Shown here: positions 63,669 to 64,000 of the stretch, piece by piece
Layout: every line of letters starts with the position of its first letter
Numbering within the stretch: the stretch's first letter is position 1
Assembly: GCA_951406725.2 (NCBI GenBank)
Contig: OX597817.1
Coordinates: 558,001-622,000, forward strand
Source of the DNA: Octopus vulgaris
Lineage: Eukaryota
Length of the DNA stretch: 64,000 nt
Direction of reading: 5' to 3'
Notes under the pieces: model-generated
Database searches by the model: none
The model's input: the letters and a program-made list of their open reading frames with translations, nothing else
Told to the model about the DNA's origin: nothing
Position numbers and translations under genes: made by a program

Positions 63669-64000
63669 TTGACTGTCATACTGCATCCATTACAATTCAT
63701 TACCTTTTATGTTAGAATGTGCAGCAGTATGGTCGTTGGCTGAATAGAGACATGAAATAACTGAGAAGATTGATTTGTTGTGAGTTGTGTTTAGTTGTTC
63801 AGTAATCCAGCTGTGTGCCATAAGACTGACAGGTCTAGGCAGATCTAAAGAATTCATTACAACACAATGTCTTATCATGCCTGTATCATAGTACTACACA
63901 TCATGTGCTTCAGATCAATGTGGGAGCCTCTACACAGTACTCAGCAAGCTAGAAATAGCTCTCTTCAACCACACAATCCAAGAAAAAACCTATTGGATTG

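Overview
Eukaryotic, AT-rich, repeat-dense genomic DNA. The tRNA-derived SINE families and microsatellite load are most consistent with an octopus/cephalopod genome (recognised from memory, not searched). One host gene is supported: FBXO9 on the + strand, as 12 phase-compatible GT-AG exons from an ATG-only first exon (27615-27617) to 62365. That gives 397 codons, and the last exon(s) lie beyond the window. The rest is mostly mobile DNA: a young CR1-like LINE family (one 762-aa open frame plus truncated copies), a second LINE sharing its 3' tail with the SINEs, R4/Dong-, HERO-, RTE-, Gypsy- and Penelope-like relics, mariner, Merlin, hAT and piggyBac derivatives, and two Helitrons. The most unusual signals are several different minimal type-I hammerhead-ribozyme motifs (one in a tRNA-headed SINE-like unit, one in a retrozyme-like partial tandem repeat) and a set of long near-perfect palindromes next to (TA)n tracts. 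All family assignments come from motifs read by eye.
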